Of a stretch of 64,000 nt of DNA, positions 1-10,085 are shown one piece after another. A program made the position numbers and the translations under genes. The notes beneath the pieces were generated by a model. It did no database searches. It worked only from the letters and a program-made list of their open reading frames with translations, and had not been told where the DNA came from. The stretch lies in NCBI GenBank assembly GCA_028715785.1, contig JAQURC010000001.1, forward strand, positions 204,766 to 268,765, given 5' to 3'. The stretch comes from Candidatus Omnitrophota bacterium. GTDB taxonomy: Bacteria; Omnitrophota; Gorgyraeia; Gygaellales; Profunditerraquicolaceae. Within the stretch, counting starts at the first letter, position 1. Every line of letters begins with the position of its first letter.

Positions 1-1254
1 AATAATATTTTAAGCGGCGAGTGGGCAAACTCAAAGAACGATTTAAGGAACGTTAAATCCGCAATTGTTTACGAAAGCATCACCGAAGGTCCGCCTATTG
101 GAAAGGAAAGAAGTACGGATGAAATTATCGGCTTATTGAAAGAAACGGGGGCGGATCTCATTTTCCGCGGATTCTGGAGATGGGGCGTAGCCGTCGAATC
201 CCCTCAAGATATCCCGCCGGAGGTTGCCGGTGTGTACGCCGGGCGCATGAAAATCAAGCCGGAGGAGGTTCCTCTTTTGGCCGAAAAAAGCGGATACAAT
301 TACGCGGAGCTCGAGAAAAGAATTTCGGCGATAAAAAAAGAAAACCCCGGGGTAATATTCGTTGGTGCGACCGGAGCGCAACGCGTCAATAGAATTGACA
401 GGAACGATAAGACCGGGAAAATCTACAGCCAAAATGAAACATGGGCAATGGCGCTCGACCCTCGAAAGTGGGACATCCAAAGGAACGGCAAGCCGTTTAC
501 AAAAGAAGAATTCCAGGCGCTGTTTGCCGATTGGCATGGATGGGCGGAATCAGGACAATATGATCCAGGCAAAGTTCAAGCATATTTCCCGGATATTACG
601 AATCCGGATTACCAGGAACTTCTTTTGAGCTGGGCTTATAGGCAAATAGACGCCGGAGCGGATGCCATTTGGATTGATGGCTTGCCGCAGACACCCTTGA
701 TTTATCCCTTTGTAAAAGATGTGAATCATCCCGTTATCAAGGATTTCTATGAAGCCAGCCAGAAAATCATAGACGGAATTCATAAGTATGGACGGGCAAG
801 GGGAAAATATATTTACGTAGGTTCATGGGGGATACCGATTAAGTTTACCGAGGGAATGCCTTATATGCCGCCTAATATTGATTTTGTGACTATATCCCCG
901 GCCGAAAAAGAAATCGAAGAAAAAAATATCAGCCAGAGTTATGAAAAAATCGCGAATATAAGAAAGATATACGGCAATACTCCGGTGTTTGCGTTTATCG
1001 ACTGGGGCATTGACCCGTCGCCAACAACGGTTTTTAGCCAGACATTAAGCAAGGAAGAGCAGGGAGAAATGTTGCGGTTTCTTGATGTGTCATTTGCAAA
1101 AAAAGGCGTTAATTTTATCTATCCGCTCCATGGCGGATACCTCGAACTTAGCGCGAAGAAGCTCGCATTCGGCAAATACAGGAATTACGACAGCCTTGCC
1201 CCCGAGTTCGGCACTTACGAAACGATAAAAGAACTTGCGCAAAAGAAGAAATAA
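1..1254 (+). CDS. hypothetical protein, 5'-partial; the frame is open from window position 1 and the track start at 136 is a TTG
   Basis: No stop codon in frame 1 between positions 1 and 135. The upstream translation looks protein-like. No recognisable catalytic motif. Confidence 0.45.
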   Translation, partial: NNILSGEWANSKNDLRNVKSAIVYESITEGPPIGKERSTDEIIGLLKETGADLIFRGFWRWGVAVESPQDIPPEVAGVYAGRMKIKPEEVPLLAEKSGYNYAELEKRISAIKKENPGVIFVGATGAQRVNRIDRNDKTGKIYSQNETWAMALDPRKWDIQRNGKPFTKEEFQALFADWHGWAESGQYDPGKVQAYFPDITNPDYQELLLSWAYRQIDAGADAIWIDGLPQTPLIYPFVKDVNHPVIKDFYEASQKIIDGIHKYGRARGKYIYVGSWGIPIKFTEGMPYMPPNIDFVTISPAEKEIEEKNISQSYEKIANIRKIYGNTPVFAFIDWGIDPSPTTVFSQTLSKEEQGEMLRFLDVSFAKKGVNFIYPLHGGYLELSAKKLAFGKYRNYDSLAPEFGTYETIKELAQKKK

Positions 1255-1335
1255 GTATTGTGGCCTGCCGTTTATATTCTATTTCTTTTCCGAATAATTC
1301 GTGGTAGAATATAACAAAGCTAAGGAGAATAAACT

Positions 1336-1569
1336 ATGATTATGTCAATCGGATTGACTTTTCCGGGCTCACTGCAGGATGAAAGCATAATTTGTTATAT
1401 CTGTAAAAAATATAATGTTAACTTGAACATTATCGAGGCCTCTTTTTCTATGGATGCCGGATGGGCGATCCTGCAGATAGAAGGGCTTGAGGAAGAAATC
1501 AAAACGGTCTTTACCTACCTGTCGGAAAAAGGCGTAAAAGTACAGCAGATCCAGATAAATAAAAAATAA
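1336..1569 (+). CDS. small hypothetical protein (77 aa)
   Basis: ORF lies directly upstream of dnaX. Shine-Dalgarno-like AAGGAGA about 8 nt upstream. Confidence 0.35.
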   Translation: MIMSIGLTFPGSLQDESIICYICKKYNVNLNIIEASFSMDAGWAILQIEGLEEEIKTVFTYLSEKGVKVQQIQINKK

Positions 1570-1578
1570 TATTCCCCC

Positions 1579-3129
1579 ATGTCTTATACCGTATTTGCCC
1601 TAAAATGGCGCCCGCAGGATTTTGAAAGTATTATCGGGCAAGACCATATCGTCGGCACCTTAAAAAACGCGATCCAAAAAGGCCGCCTTGCCCATGCCTA
1701 TCTTTTTGCCGGGCCAAGAGGAGTGGGCAAAACTTCAACCGCAAGGATCCTGGCCAAAGCGCTTAATTGCAAAGAGGGCCCGACGTTAAAACCCTGCCAA
1801 AAATGCCCTTCATGTTTAGAGATTAATCAGGGCCGCTCCCTGGATGTTATTGAAATTGACGGCGCCTCTAACCGCGGTATCGATGAAATAAGGGCCCTGC
1901 GCGAAAATGTAAAATTCTCTCCCACGCAGGGTAAATATAAAGTTTATATCATTGATGAAGTGCATCAGATAACCCCTGACGGTTTTAATGCACTGCTTAA
2001 AACCCTTGAGGAGCCGCCGGAATTCGTAAAATTCATCTTTGCCACCACCCATCCGCAGAAGGTCATGCCGACGATTATTTCCCGCTGCCAGCGCATGGAT
2101 TTTCGCCGGATCACGGTCATTGAAATTATCGCCCAGCTTGAGAAAATTATCCGTGAAGAAAAAATTACGATCGATAAGGAAGTGCTTTTTGCGATTGCCA
2201 AAAGCAGCGATGGTTCATTGCGGGATGCCGAATCCATTTTGGACCAGCTGGTATCTTTTTCCCGGGGAAACGTATCTTTAAAAGACGCGATTTCTGTTTT
2301 AGGCATGGTTGAACAGGATGTTTTGTTTGAGCTCACCGACAAGATTATCCAAAAAGACCCGGCGGAATCCCTGAAGCTTTTTAACGCGATTATCGACGAT
2401 GGAAAAGACCCCGGCGTGTTCCTGGTTAACCTGATCGAGCATTTCCGCAACCTGATGGTGGCTAAAGTTTCCAAGGCGGATTCAAAATTAGTTGACCTGC
2501 CGCAAGAGGTTTGCGACCGCCTGTTTAAGCAGGGCCAATTACTAAGCCTAGAGGAGATCTTTACCGCTTTTAATATTTTAATCGCTACGCAGGAGATGAC
2601 CCGGCGCCTGGATTCCCAGCGGATACCCCTCGAGATAAGTTTGGTAAGATTGGCGTATAACAAGAGTTTGGAGAGCAAAAAACACGTTGAGTTAAGACCA
2701 GCGACGGTAGTTCCTGAAAAAAAAGAGCAGCCGGTTACGGAAGAGGCGGTCGAAGATGCTCCAACGCAAACTCCGCAGGCGTCAATTTCTTTGGAAAACG
2801 TAAAAAATGTTTGGAATAATATTCTAAATAACCTGGCCAAGATCAAAATGTCGGTATCTACCTATTTGAGCGAAGGGGAGCCGGTTAAGGTGCAGGGTAA
2901 TATGGTAACCGTAGGATTTCCTAAAAGTTGCTCCCTGCATAAAGAATCTTTGGATAGGAAAGAAAATAAGGACCTCATCGAGAAAACCGCCTCTGAATTA
3001 TGCAACGCGGATTTAAGGGTAAATTTTATTTTGACCGCGCAGATGCAGCAGGAAACGGATGCGCGCAGCAATCCTTTTATTAAGTCCGCTATCGAGATGT
3101 TCGGGGGAAGGGTGGTTAAGGAAGGCTAA
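1579..3129 (+). CDS. dnaX: DNA polymerase III subunit gamma/tau
   Basis: Walker A GPRGVGKTS and clamp-loader motifs (DEVH, SRC). dnaX-recR synteny. Confidence 0.9.
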   Translation: MSYTVFALKWRPQDFESIIGQDHIVGTLKNAIQKGRLAHAYLFAGPRGVGKTSTARILAKALNCKEGPTLKPCQKCPSCLEINQGRSLDVIEIDGASNRGIDEIRALRENVKFSPTQGKYKVYIIDEVHQITPDGFNALLKTLEEPPEFVKFIFATTHPQKVMPTIISRCQRMDFRRITVIEIIAQLEKIIREEKITIDKEVLFAIAKSSDGSLRDAESILDQLVSFSRGNVSLKDAISVLGMVEQDVLFELTDKIIQKDPAESLKLFNAIIDDGKDPGVFLVNLIEHFRNLMVAKVSKADSKLVDLPQEVCDRLFKQGQLLSLEEIFTAFNILIATQEMTRRLDSQRIPLEISLVRLAYNKSLESKKHVELRPATVVPEKKEQPVTEEAVEDAPTQTPQASISLENVKNVWNNILNNLAKIKMSVSTYLSEGEPVKVQGNMVTVGFPKSCSLHKESLDRKENKDLIEKTASELCNADLRVNFILTAQMQQETDARSNPFIKSAIEMFGGRVVKEG

Positions 3130-3728
3130 TGGCTAATTATACGGCTTCTATAGAAAAATTAATCGAATCTTTGATCAAGCTGCCCGGCGTTGGCAGGCGC
3201 AGCGCCGAACGTATCGTCGCCCATGTTTTAGGCGCCTCTGGCGATGAAATCAAAATTCTAGCCGAATGTTTGAACAAGGTAAAAGAGAACGTGCGTTCCT
3301 GCCGGATTTGCAATAACTTAAGCGAAGAAGAAACTTGCAAGATTTGCCAGGACTTGAGCCGGCAGAAGGATATTGTCTGCGTGGTGGAAAAACCCAGCGA
3401 TGTTACGGCGATTGAAAAAGCGGGTAATTTCCACGGTCTTTATCACGTTCTGCTTGGTTCGATATCTCCTCTTGAGGGAAGGGGCCCCGGCGACTTAAAG
3501 ATTGAGGGGCTTATCCAGAGGACAAAACAGGGCGGCATTAAAGAAATAATTATCGCTACCGACGCCGATACTGAAGGTGAAACTACCGGTATTTATCTTA
3601 CCAGGTTACTTAAACCATTAGGCGTGCATTTAAGCCGCATCGGATTAGGGATACCGGTGGGTTCAAACCTGGAATACGCTGATGCCACTACCCTTTCGAA
3701 GTCTTTGGAATCTCGCCGCGCAATTTAA
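3129..3728 (+). CDS. recR: recombination protein RecR
   Basis: N-terminal helix-hairpin-helix LPGVGRRSAERI, C4 zinc finger and Toprim domain. Start overlaps the dnaX stop. Confidence 0.9.
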   Translation: MANYTASIEKLIESLIKLPGVGRRSAERIVAHVLGASGDEIKILAECLNKVKENVRSCRICNNLSEEETCKICQDLSRQKDIVCVVEKPSDVTAIEKAGNFHGLYHVLLGSISPLEGRGPGDLKIEGLIQRTKQGGIKEIIIATDADTEGETTGIYLTRLLKPLGVHLSRIGLGIPVGSNLEYADATTLSKSLESRRAI

Positions 3729-3733
3729 TTCTT

Positions 3734-5659
3734 ATGATCAATATCACTAATCTTTCCAAAAATTACGGCGCCAAAATCCTCTTTGAGGATATTTCCCTTA
3801 ACATAAACCAGGGGGAGAAGATCGGCTTGATCGGGCCAAACGGCACAGGCAAGAGTACTTTATTTTCTTTGATCCTGCAAGAGACTGAGCCTTCCAAAGG
3901 AGAGGTCAGGGTAAATAAAGGGGTGCACATCGGCTATCTTCCCCAGGAAGCAAGCTTTAAATCCGACCATACGGTGCTGGCGGAATTAACCGAAGGCGAT
4001 GAGCGGATTATGCGCTTTAAAAAAGAAAAGGAAATACTGGAGTCTAAAAACGAAGCCGGCTCAAAACGTTACGGTGAAGTTTTGCATGAACTGGAAACTT
4101 TGGGTTTTTTTGAACTGGAGCATAAAGCCGAAAAGATCCTTTCGGGATTAGGTTTTAAAGAGAGGGATTTTAACCGCCTGATCGCGCAGATGAGCGGAGG
4201 CTGGCAGATGCGCGCCCTTTTAGCCAAACTGCTCACTTACCATTACGACCTTTTACTTTTGGATGAACCGACCAACTACCTGGATTTAAATGCTGCCTTG
4301 TGGCTTAAAGATTATCTGGCCGGTTTCCGGGGGACTTTTATCATGATTTCCCACGACAGGGCTTTTTTGACCGATGTTACCAACTATACGTTGATTTTGG
4401 AACACGGTTCAATTTTTAAAGTCCAGGGTAATTATGAACATTACGAGGAGATCAAAGCGCAGAAGCGCACGCATTTGCTTAAGCAATCCAAAGAGCAGGA
4501 TAAAAAAATCCAGCAGCTGGAAAAGTTTGTCTCAAGATTCCACGCCCAGCCGAATAAGGCGGCTTCCGTGCGGGCAAAACGGCGGGTTTTGGAAAAGCTG
4601 GAAGATGATAAGATTATTTTGCCTCCTGACCCGCGCCAGAGTATCCACGAATTTATTTTTCCGCAAACCCGCCGCTCAGGGCACAGGATAATCACCCTGG
4701 AAAATATTTCCAAATCTTACGGAGAGATTAAAGTTTATGAAGGCCTGGATTTTGAGATAGTCCAGGGAGAAAAAGCGGTTTTAGCCGGGGAAAACGGCGC
4801 GGGTAAATCCACTTTGCTGAAAATATTGGCGGGAATCGTGGAGATTGACAGCGGAAACAGGATTCTCGGCCATAATGTGGATATTGGTTATTTTTCGCAA
4901 ACCCGCACCGATGTCTTGAATGTTGAAAATACTGTTTTGCAGGAGGCTTATTCGGCGGCACCCGGCTATATGGCCGAAGAGTCGGTCAGGACGATCCTGG
5001 GCGCGTTTTTATTCAGCGGCGATGACGCGGATAAAAAAGTTAAGGTTTTATCCGGCGGAGAGAAGAGCCGGCTTATTTTGGCTAAACTCCTGATTGATCC
5101 TCCGAACTTCCTGCTTTTGGATGAGCCGACCACACACCTGGATGTGGACGCGGTTGACGCTTTAGTGCGGGCGCTAAAAAGTTATGAAGGCACGATTGTT
5201 TTTATCAGCCACGATATTTATTTTGTCAGTTCGGTGGCAAATAATGTTTTTGAAGTTAAAGGCGGCAGGATAAGGAAATTCCCCGGTACATTTGATTATT
5301 ATCTTGAGAAACGCGATACTTTAGTTGATACCGGGGAAGTTAAAAAACCAAAGGCTGTTTCTCATAAACCAGTTGACGAAGCGAAAGAAAAAGCCAAAGA
5401 AGAAGAGCGCCTGCGTAAAGCCGAAGAGAAGAAACGCAAAACCGATAATTCGCTTATCCGCGATAAAATCAATAAACTGCTGAGGAAAAAAGAGGAATTG
5501 GAGCTGGAAAGTTACGCCAAGGCCCGCGCCTTATCCAATCCGCATTTTTACCGCGACGAAGAGACAGCCAAAGAGTATGGCTGCCGGATGAAGGAGATTG
5601 AAAAGCTTATTTTGGAGATTTTAGGCCAGATAAAAGCTCTTGAAAACCAGATTATTTAG
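3734..5659 (+). CDS. ABC-F family ATPase (two tandem ABC domains, no transmembrane region)
   Basis: Two Walker A motifs (GPNGTGKST, GENGAGKST), two LSGG signatures and a lysine/glutamate-rich coiled linker and tail. Confidence 0.85.
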   Translation: MINITNLSKNYGAKILFEDISLNINQGEKIGLIGPNGTGKSTLFSLILQETEPSKGEVRVNKGVHIGYLPQEASFKSDHTVLAELTEGDERIMRFKKEKEILESKNEAGSKRYGEVLHELETLGFFELEHKAEKILSGLGFKERDFNRLIAQMSGGWQMRALLAKLLTYHYDLLLLDEPTNYLDLNAALWLKDYLAGFRGTFIMISHDRAFLTDVTNYTLILEHGSIFKVQGNYEHYEEIKAQKRTHLLKQSKEQDKKIQQLEKFVSRFHAQPNKAASVRAKRRVLEKLEDDKIILPPDPRQSIHEFIFPQTRRSGHRIITLENISKSYGEIKVYEGLDFEIVQGEKAVLAGENGAGKSTLLKILAGIVEIDSGNRILGHNVDIGYFSQTRTDVLNVENTVLQEAYSAAPGYMAEESVRTILGAFLFSGDDADKKVKVLSGGEKSRLILAKLLIDPPNFLLLDEPTTHLDVDAVDALVRALKSYEGTIVFISHDIYFVSSVANNVFEVKGGRIRKFPGTFDYYLEKRDTLVDTGEVKKPKAVSHKPVDEAKEKAKEEERLRKAEEKKRKTDNSLIRDKINKLLRKKEELELESYAKARALSNPHFYRDEETAKEYGCRMKEIEKLILEILGQIKALENQII

Positions 5660-5688
5660 TGTTAAAATGCCAGACAAATTTGGCTTAT

Positions 5689-5764
5689 TCCCCCTTAGCT
5701 CAGTTGGTAGAGCGAGAGACTGTTAATCTCCAGGTCCTAGGTTCGAGTCCTAGAGGGGGAGCCA
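5689..5764 (+). tRNA. tRNA-Asn (anticodon GTT)
   Basis: Cloverleaf with acceptor TCCCCCT/AGGGGGA, anticodon loop CUGUUAA, T-loop GTTCGAGTC and an encoded CCA. Confidence 0.9.
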
Positions 5765-6145
5765 TCTTTACGATTCCGCAAACCTTGAAGGTTAGCGGTT
5801 AACGCCTTACTCTTCGGAGTGAGGCGTTTTTGTTAGCGGAGATCACTCGGTAAAATTTGCTGCAGGGATGGTATATATAAGTCCAAGGCTATGTGGTTGA
5901 TTAATGCGGGGAGGGATTCTAGGGTATTGCCAGTCCTTGGAGTGGTGTCACTTTGCGCCACAGAAGCCTTACCGGGGATCAAGCATATTGTTCCAGACGT
6001 CTGTAATAATCCGGTTGGGAATTATCGGTATCCTAATTTAAGATTACGCTGGCATAGTATGCATTATTTTAAAATTAATTGCCACTAAGAAGAAAAGATG
6101 TATAATAAACAAATAAAGGGGCTACAAAATAAGCAAGGAGAAGAA

Positions 6146-7111
6146 ATGGCGACGTCAGAACAGATTAAGGCTTTGATCCGTTCCCACTACGACGATAATT
6201 CAGAGCAATTCTTTTCGACTGTATTACAGATTGCGGCCCATGAAGCACGCCAGGGGCATGGAGAGTTGGCCCATGAGATTCGCGATCTTGTTGATAAAAC
6301 TAGGAAAGAAAAATCTGAGAAGAATGTTCTGGTTTTCCCTCAGGAACTTAACGGTCTTATTTTTTCTGAAAAACCAGATGTTCCGTTATCAACCCTTGTT
6401 GTTAGTGATCAACTAAAGGTTAGGATTGAAAGAATCATAACTGAATTTCGCCAGCAAAATAAACTTAAAAACCATGGTTTGATTCATCGTAGAAAAATAC
6501 TTTTAGCCGGTGCGCCAGGAACAGGTAAGACTATGACGGCTAAAGTTCTGGCATCAGAATTAAAGCAATTATTACATATTATTCAGATGGACCGTCTTGT
6601 TACAAAATTTATGGGTGAGACTAGCGCAAAACTTAGGCAGATTTTTGATAAAATGTTGGTAATGCCGGGAGTTTATTTATTTGATGAGTTTGATGCTATC
6701 GGTAGCGAAAGAAACTTAGAGAATGATGTTGGTGAAATGCGCAGAGTGTTGAATTCTTTTCTACAGTTTATTGAAAAGGATACGTCAAATAATTTAATTA
6801 TCGCAGCTACAAATAACTTACGTTTACTTGATCGTGCATTGTTTCGAAGATTTGATGATGTTCTTCATTATGGTCTCCCGGAACAAACCTCCCGCTCTAG
6901 ATTAATCATGAATGTTCTAAGTACCTTTCGCGATAAGGATTTTTCTTTAGAAAGAGCTGCTAGGATTGCCGACGGACTTAGTCAAGCCGAAATTGATCAT
7001 GTCTGTAGAGATGCAATAAAGTTAACAATTTTAGACAATAAAGATTTCGTTGCCTCTAATTTATTTGAGAGTCTGTTAAAAGAACGCCGCTCAGCCTGTC
7101 AGAAAAAGTAA
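6146..7111 (+). CDS. AAA+ ATPase (classic AAA clade), ietA-like
   Basis: Walker A GAPGTGKT, Walker B LFDEFD and second region of homology ATNNLRLLDRALFRRFD. A strong RBS AGGAGA precedes the ATG at 6146, and the ORF is also open from 6098. Confidence 0.7.
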   Translation: MATSEQIKALIRSHYDDNSEQFFSTVLQIAAHEARQGHGELAHEIRDLVDKTRKEKSEKNVLVFPQELNGLIFSEKPDVPLSTLVVSDQLKVRIERIITEFRQQNKLKNHGLIHRRKILLAGAPGTGKTMTAKVLASELKQLLHIIQMDRLVTKFMGETSAKLRQIFDKMLVMPGVYLFDEFDAIGSERNLENDVGEMRRVLNSFLQFIEKDTSNNLIIAATNNLRLLDRALFRRFDDVLHYGLPEQTSRSRLIMNVLSTFRDKDFSLERAARIADGLSQAEIDHVCRDAIKLTILDNKDFVASNLFESLLKERRSACQKK

Positions 7112-7123
7112 CAATCATTAGTT

Positions 7124-9601
7124 ATGCCCAATAAAAGATTTCAGCATCTTTTTATTAAAGAAGCTCATACCGCAAAAAATTTTACAAGCACTTCATCCGG
7201 TGGCACTAAGCCACGCATTCCCGTTCGAGAAATAGAAGCCCACAGCCGTTTCCTCCAGGAAAAATTTAACGCCGCATGGACTCAAGCCCAAAATAAGCAG
7301 GCCGTAATACATGCTGCTAGGGAGGGGGTGTATATTGAATTTAAAGGTGATCCCGGGTATGAGTTAGTTACTAAAAGCTTGGAAGATATGCGTTCAAAGA
7401 GGATTCGATTATTAAATGTTCGAACTGAAAAAGAAGGTGAATTGCCAGTTATTTATGCCACTGTATATGTCCCCAATGATAAGAAAAATCATTTTCTAAA
7501 AAAAATTCAAGAGTATGCAGCAGAAAAATTAGAAACAGACCCGCCTAAAAATGCTTCATTGATTAATAGTATAGCAGATATCAGGGAAGCCATTATGGTT
7601 GAGTCATTTTGGCAAGATAAAAAAGAATTAATCCCTTCTACAGATGGCGCCTGGTGTGAGGTCTGGCTGAGTAGCGATAAAGAAGCAGTGCTGCAAAGAT
7701 TTAATGATCTGCTTGTTCGTGAAGAGATTAGGGCAGCCGATGGTTTAATAAAGTTTCCGGAGAGGATGGTGAAATTAATCTTTGTCAATAAAAGACAGCT
7801 AGAACGCCTAACGACATTATCTGATGATATTGCAGAATATCGTTTAGCAAAAGAAACAGCTGCTTTATTGCTAGAAATGGAAAACAAAGATCAAATGGAA
7901 TGGGTTAAAGATTTATTGTCGCGATGCCAAGTTAATCCTAACCCTAATGTTTCTGTTTGTATACTGGATTCTGGTGTAAATAACGGCCACCCGCTGCTTT
8001 CGTTAGTATTAAATAATGATGATTGTCAGGCTGTTGATAATAGTTGGGGGGTAGATGATCATGATGGGCATGGTACCCTTATGGCCGGGTTGTCTGCTTA
8101 TGGCGACTTACTGGCCTGTTTATTTAATAATCAAGCTGTTCGTCTGTACCACTGTCTCGAGTCTGTAAAAATGCTTCCCCCTCCGCCACAGAAAAATGAA
8201 GTAAAGCTCTGGGGGTATATTACCGATCAGGCAGTTAGCAAGGCTGAAATTAAGGCTCCTGAAAGAAAACGCATCGTATGCATGGCCATAACTTCAACTG
8301 ATACTCGAGATCAAGGTCGTCCTAGTTCTTGGTCGGGTCGTATAGATCAGCTCGCAATCGGAGAGGATAACGGAAACAAGAGGCTTTTTATTATATCCGC
8401 GGGGAATATGGATATTGATAGTATATTAAATTATCCTGATGCGCAAGAGATAGAATCTGTTCATGATCCGGCTCAATCATGGAATGCGCTTGTTGTTGGG
8501 GCGTATACCAAATTTGATCAAATAACAGACCGGACTTTTGCAGGTTTTATCCCAGTCGCCAAAGCCGGGGGACTGTCTCCTTTTAGCACAACATCTCAAA
8601 CATGGGAAGGTAAGTGGCCAGTCAAGCCTGATATTGTTATGGAGGGCGGGAACGTAATTCATGACGGCAAGGGATTCTGGGACCATCCAGGGGAAGTTTC
8701 TCTTTTGTCTACTTATCGTGATACGACAAAAAGTCATTTTCGTTTATTTAATATGACAAGCGCTGCAACCGCACAAGCTGCTTGGTTTGCTGCCCAAATT
8801 CAAAATATTTATCCCGATATTTGGCCAGAAACTATTCGAGCTCTTATGGTGCATTCATCGGAGTGGACTGATACTTTAAAAGCTCAATTCTTACCGGCAC
8901 AACCCACAAAAACAGATTATTCTAGGCTTCTGCGTATTTGTGGTTACGGAGTGCCCAATTTAACAAGAGCACTTTACAGCGCAGCAAATAATTTAACACT
9001 TATTGCTCAGTCTGAGCTACAGCCTTATGACAGAGAAGAAGGTGCAAGTAATTACAAAACAAAGGAAATGCATCTTTATGATCTGCCTTGGCCGAAGGAA
9101 GTCCTGCAAGAATTACCGCCAGATATTAAGGTTCAAATGCGTATTACCCTTTCTTACTTTGTAGAACCTGGACCAGGAGAAATTGGATGGAGGGATCGTT
9201 ATCGCTATGCTTCTCATGCGTTACGGTTTGATATAAAGTCTCCCAGCGAAACAAAAGAGCTTTTTCAAAAAAGAATAAATTTGGCAGCCAGAGAAGAGAA
9301 AGAAGGTCATCCTGGCACTCAAGGCGCATCAGATCACTGGACAATCGGGTCTAATGGTAGAGACAAGGGTTCGATACATTCTGATATTTGGGATGGTAAT
9401 GCTGCAGATCTGGCTGAATCGGGCGTAATTGCTGTTTATCCTGTAATCGGTTGGTGGCGCGAAAGAGCTTATCTTGGGAGATGGAACCAGAAATGTAGGT
9501 ATTCAATTATCGTTTCAATAATGACCCCTGAAGAAAAGATAGACATTTACACTCCTGTTGCGCATAAAATTGGTATTGCCGTACCCATTCCTATCAGCTA
9601 A
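7124..9601 (+). CDS. S8 family subtilisin-like serine peptidase (825 aa), ietS-like
   Basis: Catalytic triad motifs in order: ILDSGV (Asp), DGHGTLMAG (His) and MTSAATAQAA (Ser, GTSMA-like). Lies 12 nt after the AAA ATPase gene. Confidence 0.75.
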   Translation: MPNKRFQHLFIKEAHTAKNFTSTSSGGTKPRIPVREIEAHSRFLQEKFNAAWTQAQNKQAVIHAAREGVYIEFKGDPGYELVTKSLEDMRSKRIRLLNVRTEKEGELPVIYATVYVPNDKKNHFLKKIQEYAAEKLETDPPKNASLINSIADIREAIMVESFWQDKKELIPSTDGAWCEVWLSSDKEAVLQRFNDLLVREEIRAADGLIKFPERMVKLIFVNKRQLERLTTLSDDIAEYRLAKETAALLLEMENKDQMEWVKDLLSRCQVNPNPNVSVCILDSGVNNGHPLLSLVLNNDDCQAVDNSWGVDDHDGHGTLMAGLSAYGDLLACLFNNQAVRLYHCLESVKMLPPPPQKNEVKLWGYITDQAVSKAEIKAPERKRIVCMAITSTDTRDQGRPSSWSGRIDQLAIGEDNGNKRLFIISAGNMDIDSILNYPDAQEIESVHDPAQSWNALVVGAYTKFDQITDRTFAGFIPVAKAGGLSPFSTTSQTWEGKWPVKPDIVMEGGNVIHDGKGFWDHPGEVSLLSTYRDTTKSHFRLFNMTSAATAQAAWFAAQIQNIYPDIWPETIRALMVHSSEWTDTLKAQFLPAQPTKTDYSRLLRICGYGVPNLTRALYSAANNLTLIAQSELQPYDREEGASNYKTKEMHLYDLPWPKEVLQELPPDIKVQMRITLSYFVEPGPGEIGWRDRYRYASHALRFDIKSPSETKELFQKRINLAAREEKEGHPGTQGASDHWTIGSNGRDKGSIHSDIWDGNAADLAESGVIAVYPVIGWWRERAYLGRWNQKCRYSIIVSIMTPEEKIDIYTPVAHKIGIAVPIPIS

Positions 9602-9868
9602 TATTTTTTGTATAACATATTGCCAAAGTTATAATTTTGAGGAAGAGGGTGGTACTTTGGGAACGTCCCCGAACCAACTTTAACGGCTAAAGAAAGGATC
9701 GTTATTCGACCAGGCCATTCCTAAGCTTTTGGATGCTATAGGGGGTCAAAACAACCCCCGGGGTGGGTATGGTTTTTTGTTAAGAGTTAAGCAAAAGACC
9801 GTATTGCTTATCGTAGAAAATATCTCTGCAGATTTTGTCGGTTGCGAATGTGTGATACAGGCAGCCTT

Positions 9869-9896
9869 AGCCCTAGTGAAATCTAGGGCTTTTTTC
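9869..9896 (+). terminator. candidate rho-independent terminator inside the island spacer
   Basis: Stem AGCCCTAG/CTAGGGCT with a 6-nt loop, followed by TTTTTT. Confidence 0.4.
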
Positions 9897-10085
9897 TTGT
9901 ACGGACCAGGCAGCATCTTAAGGGAACATTTGAAGCCGGCGAGGGTTTCCGTTGGGGATATGAAATACCTTGATAATTCAAATGGTCAGGTTTAAGATAC
10001 CTTAGATGGAGATTTCAAAAGCTACTGTTAGGGTTATTATTAAAATACAAACTGTCAGGATTATGCTTTTTAAGCTATTGTAGAA

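Noticed and set aside
1965-2846. 293-aa antisense ORF inside dnaX, and similar long antisense ORFs inside clpC, metG, mtnA/thiL and the ABC-F gene
   Set aside because: Each is fully nested opposite a well-supported housekeeping gene. They have Ser/Arg-rich composition typical of antisense frames.
5891-6088. 65-aa ORF in the leader between tRNA-Asn and the AAA ATPase gene
   Set aside because: It has no RBS, low-complexity composition and sits in the att-proximal noncoding leader. It is probably spurious.
9729-9995. 88-aa ORF inside the island spacer
   Set aside because: It has no RBS and spans two hairpin-plus-T-tract elements. I treat the region as noncoding.
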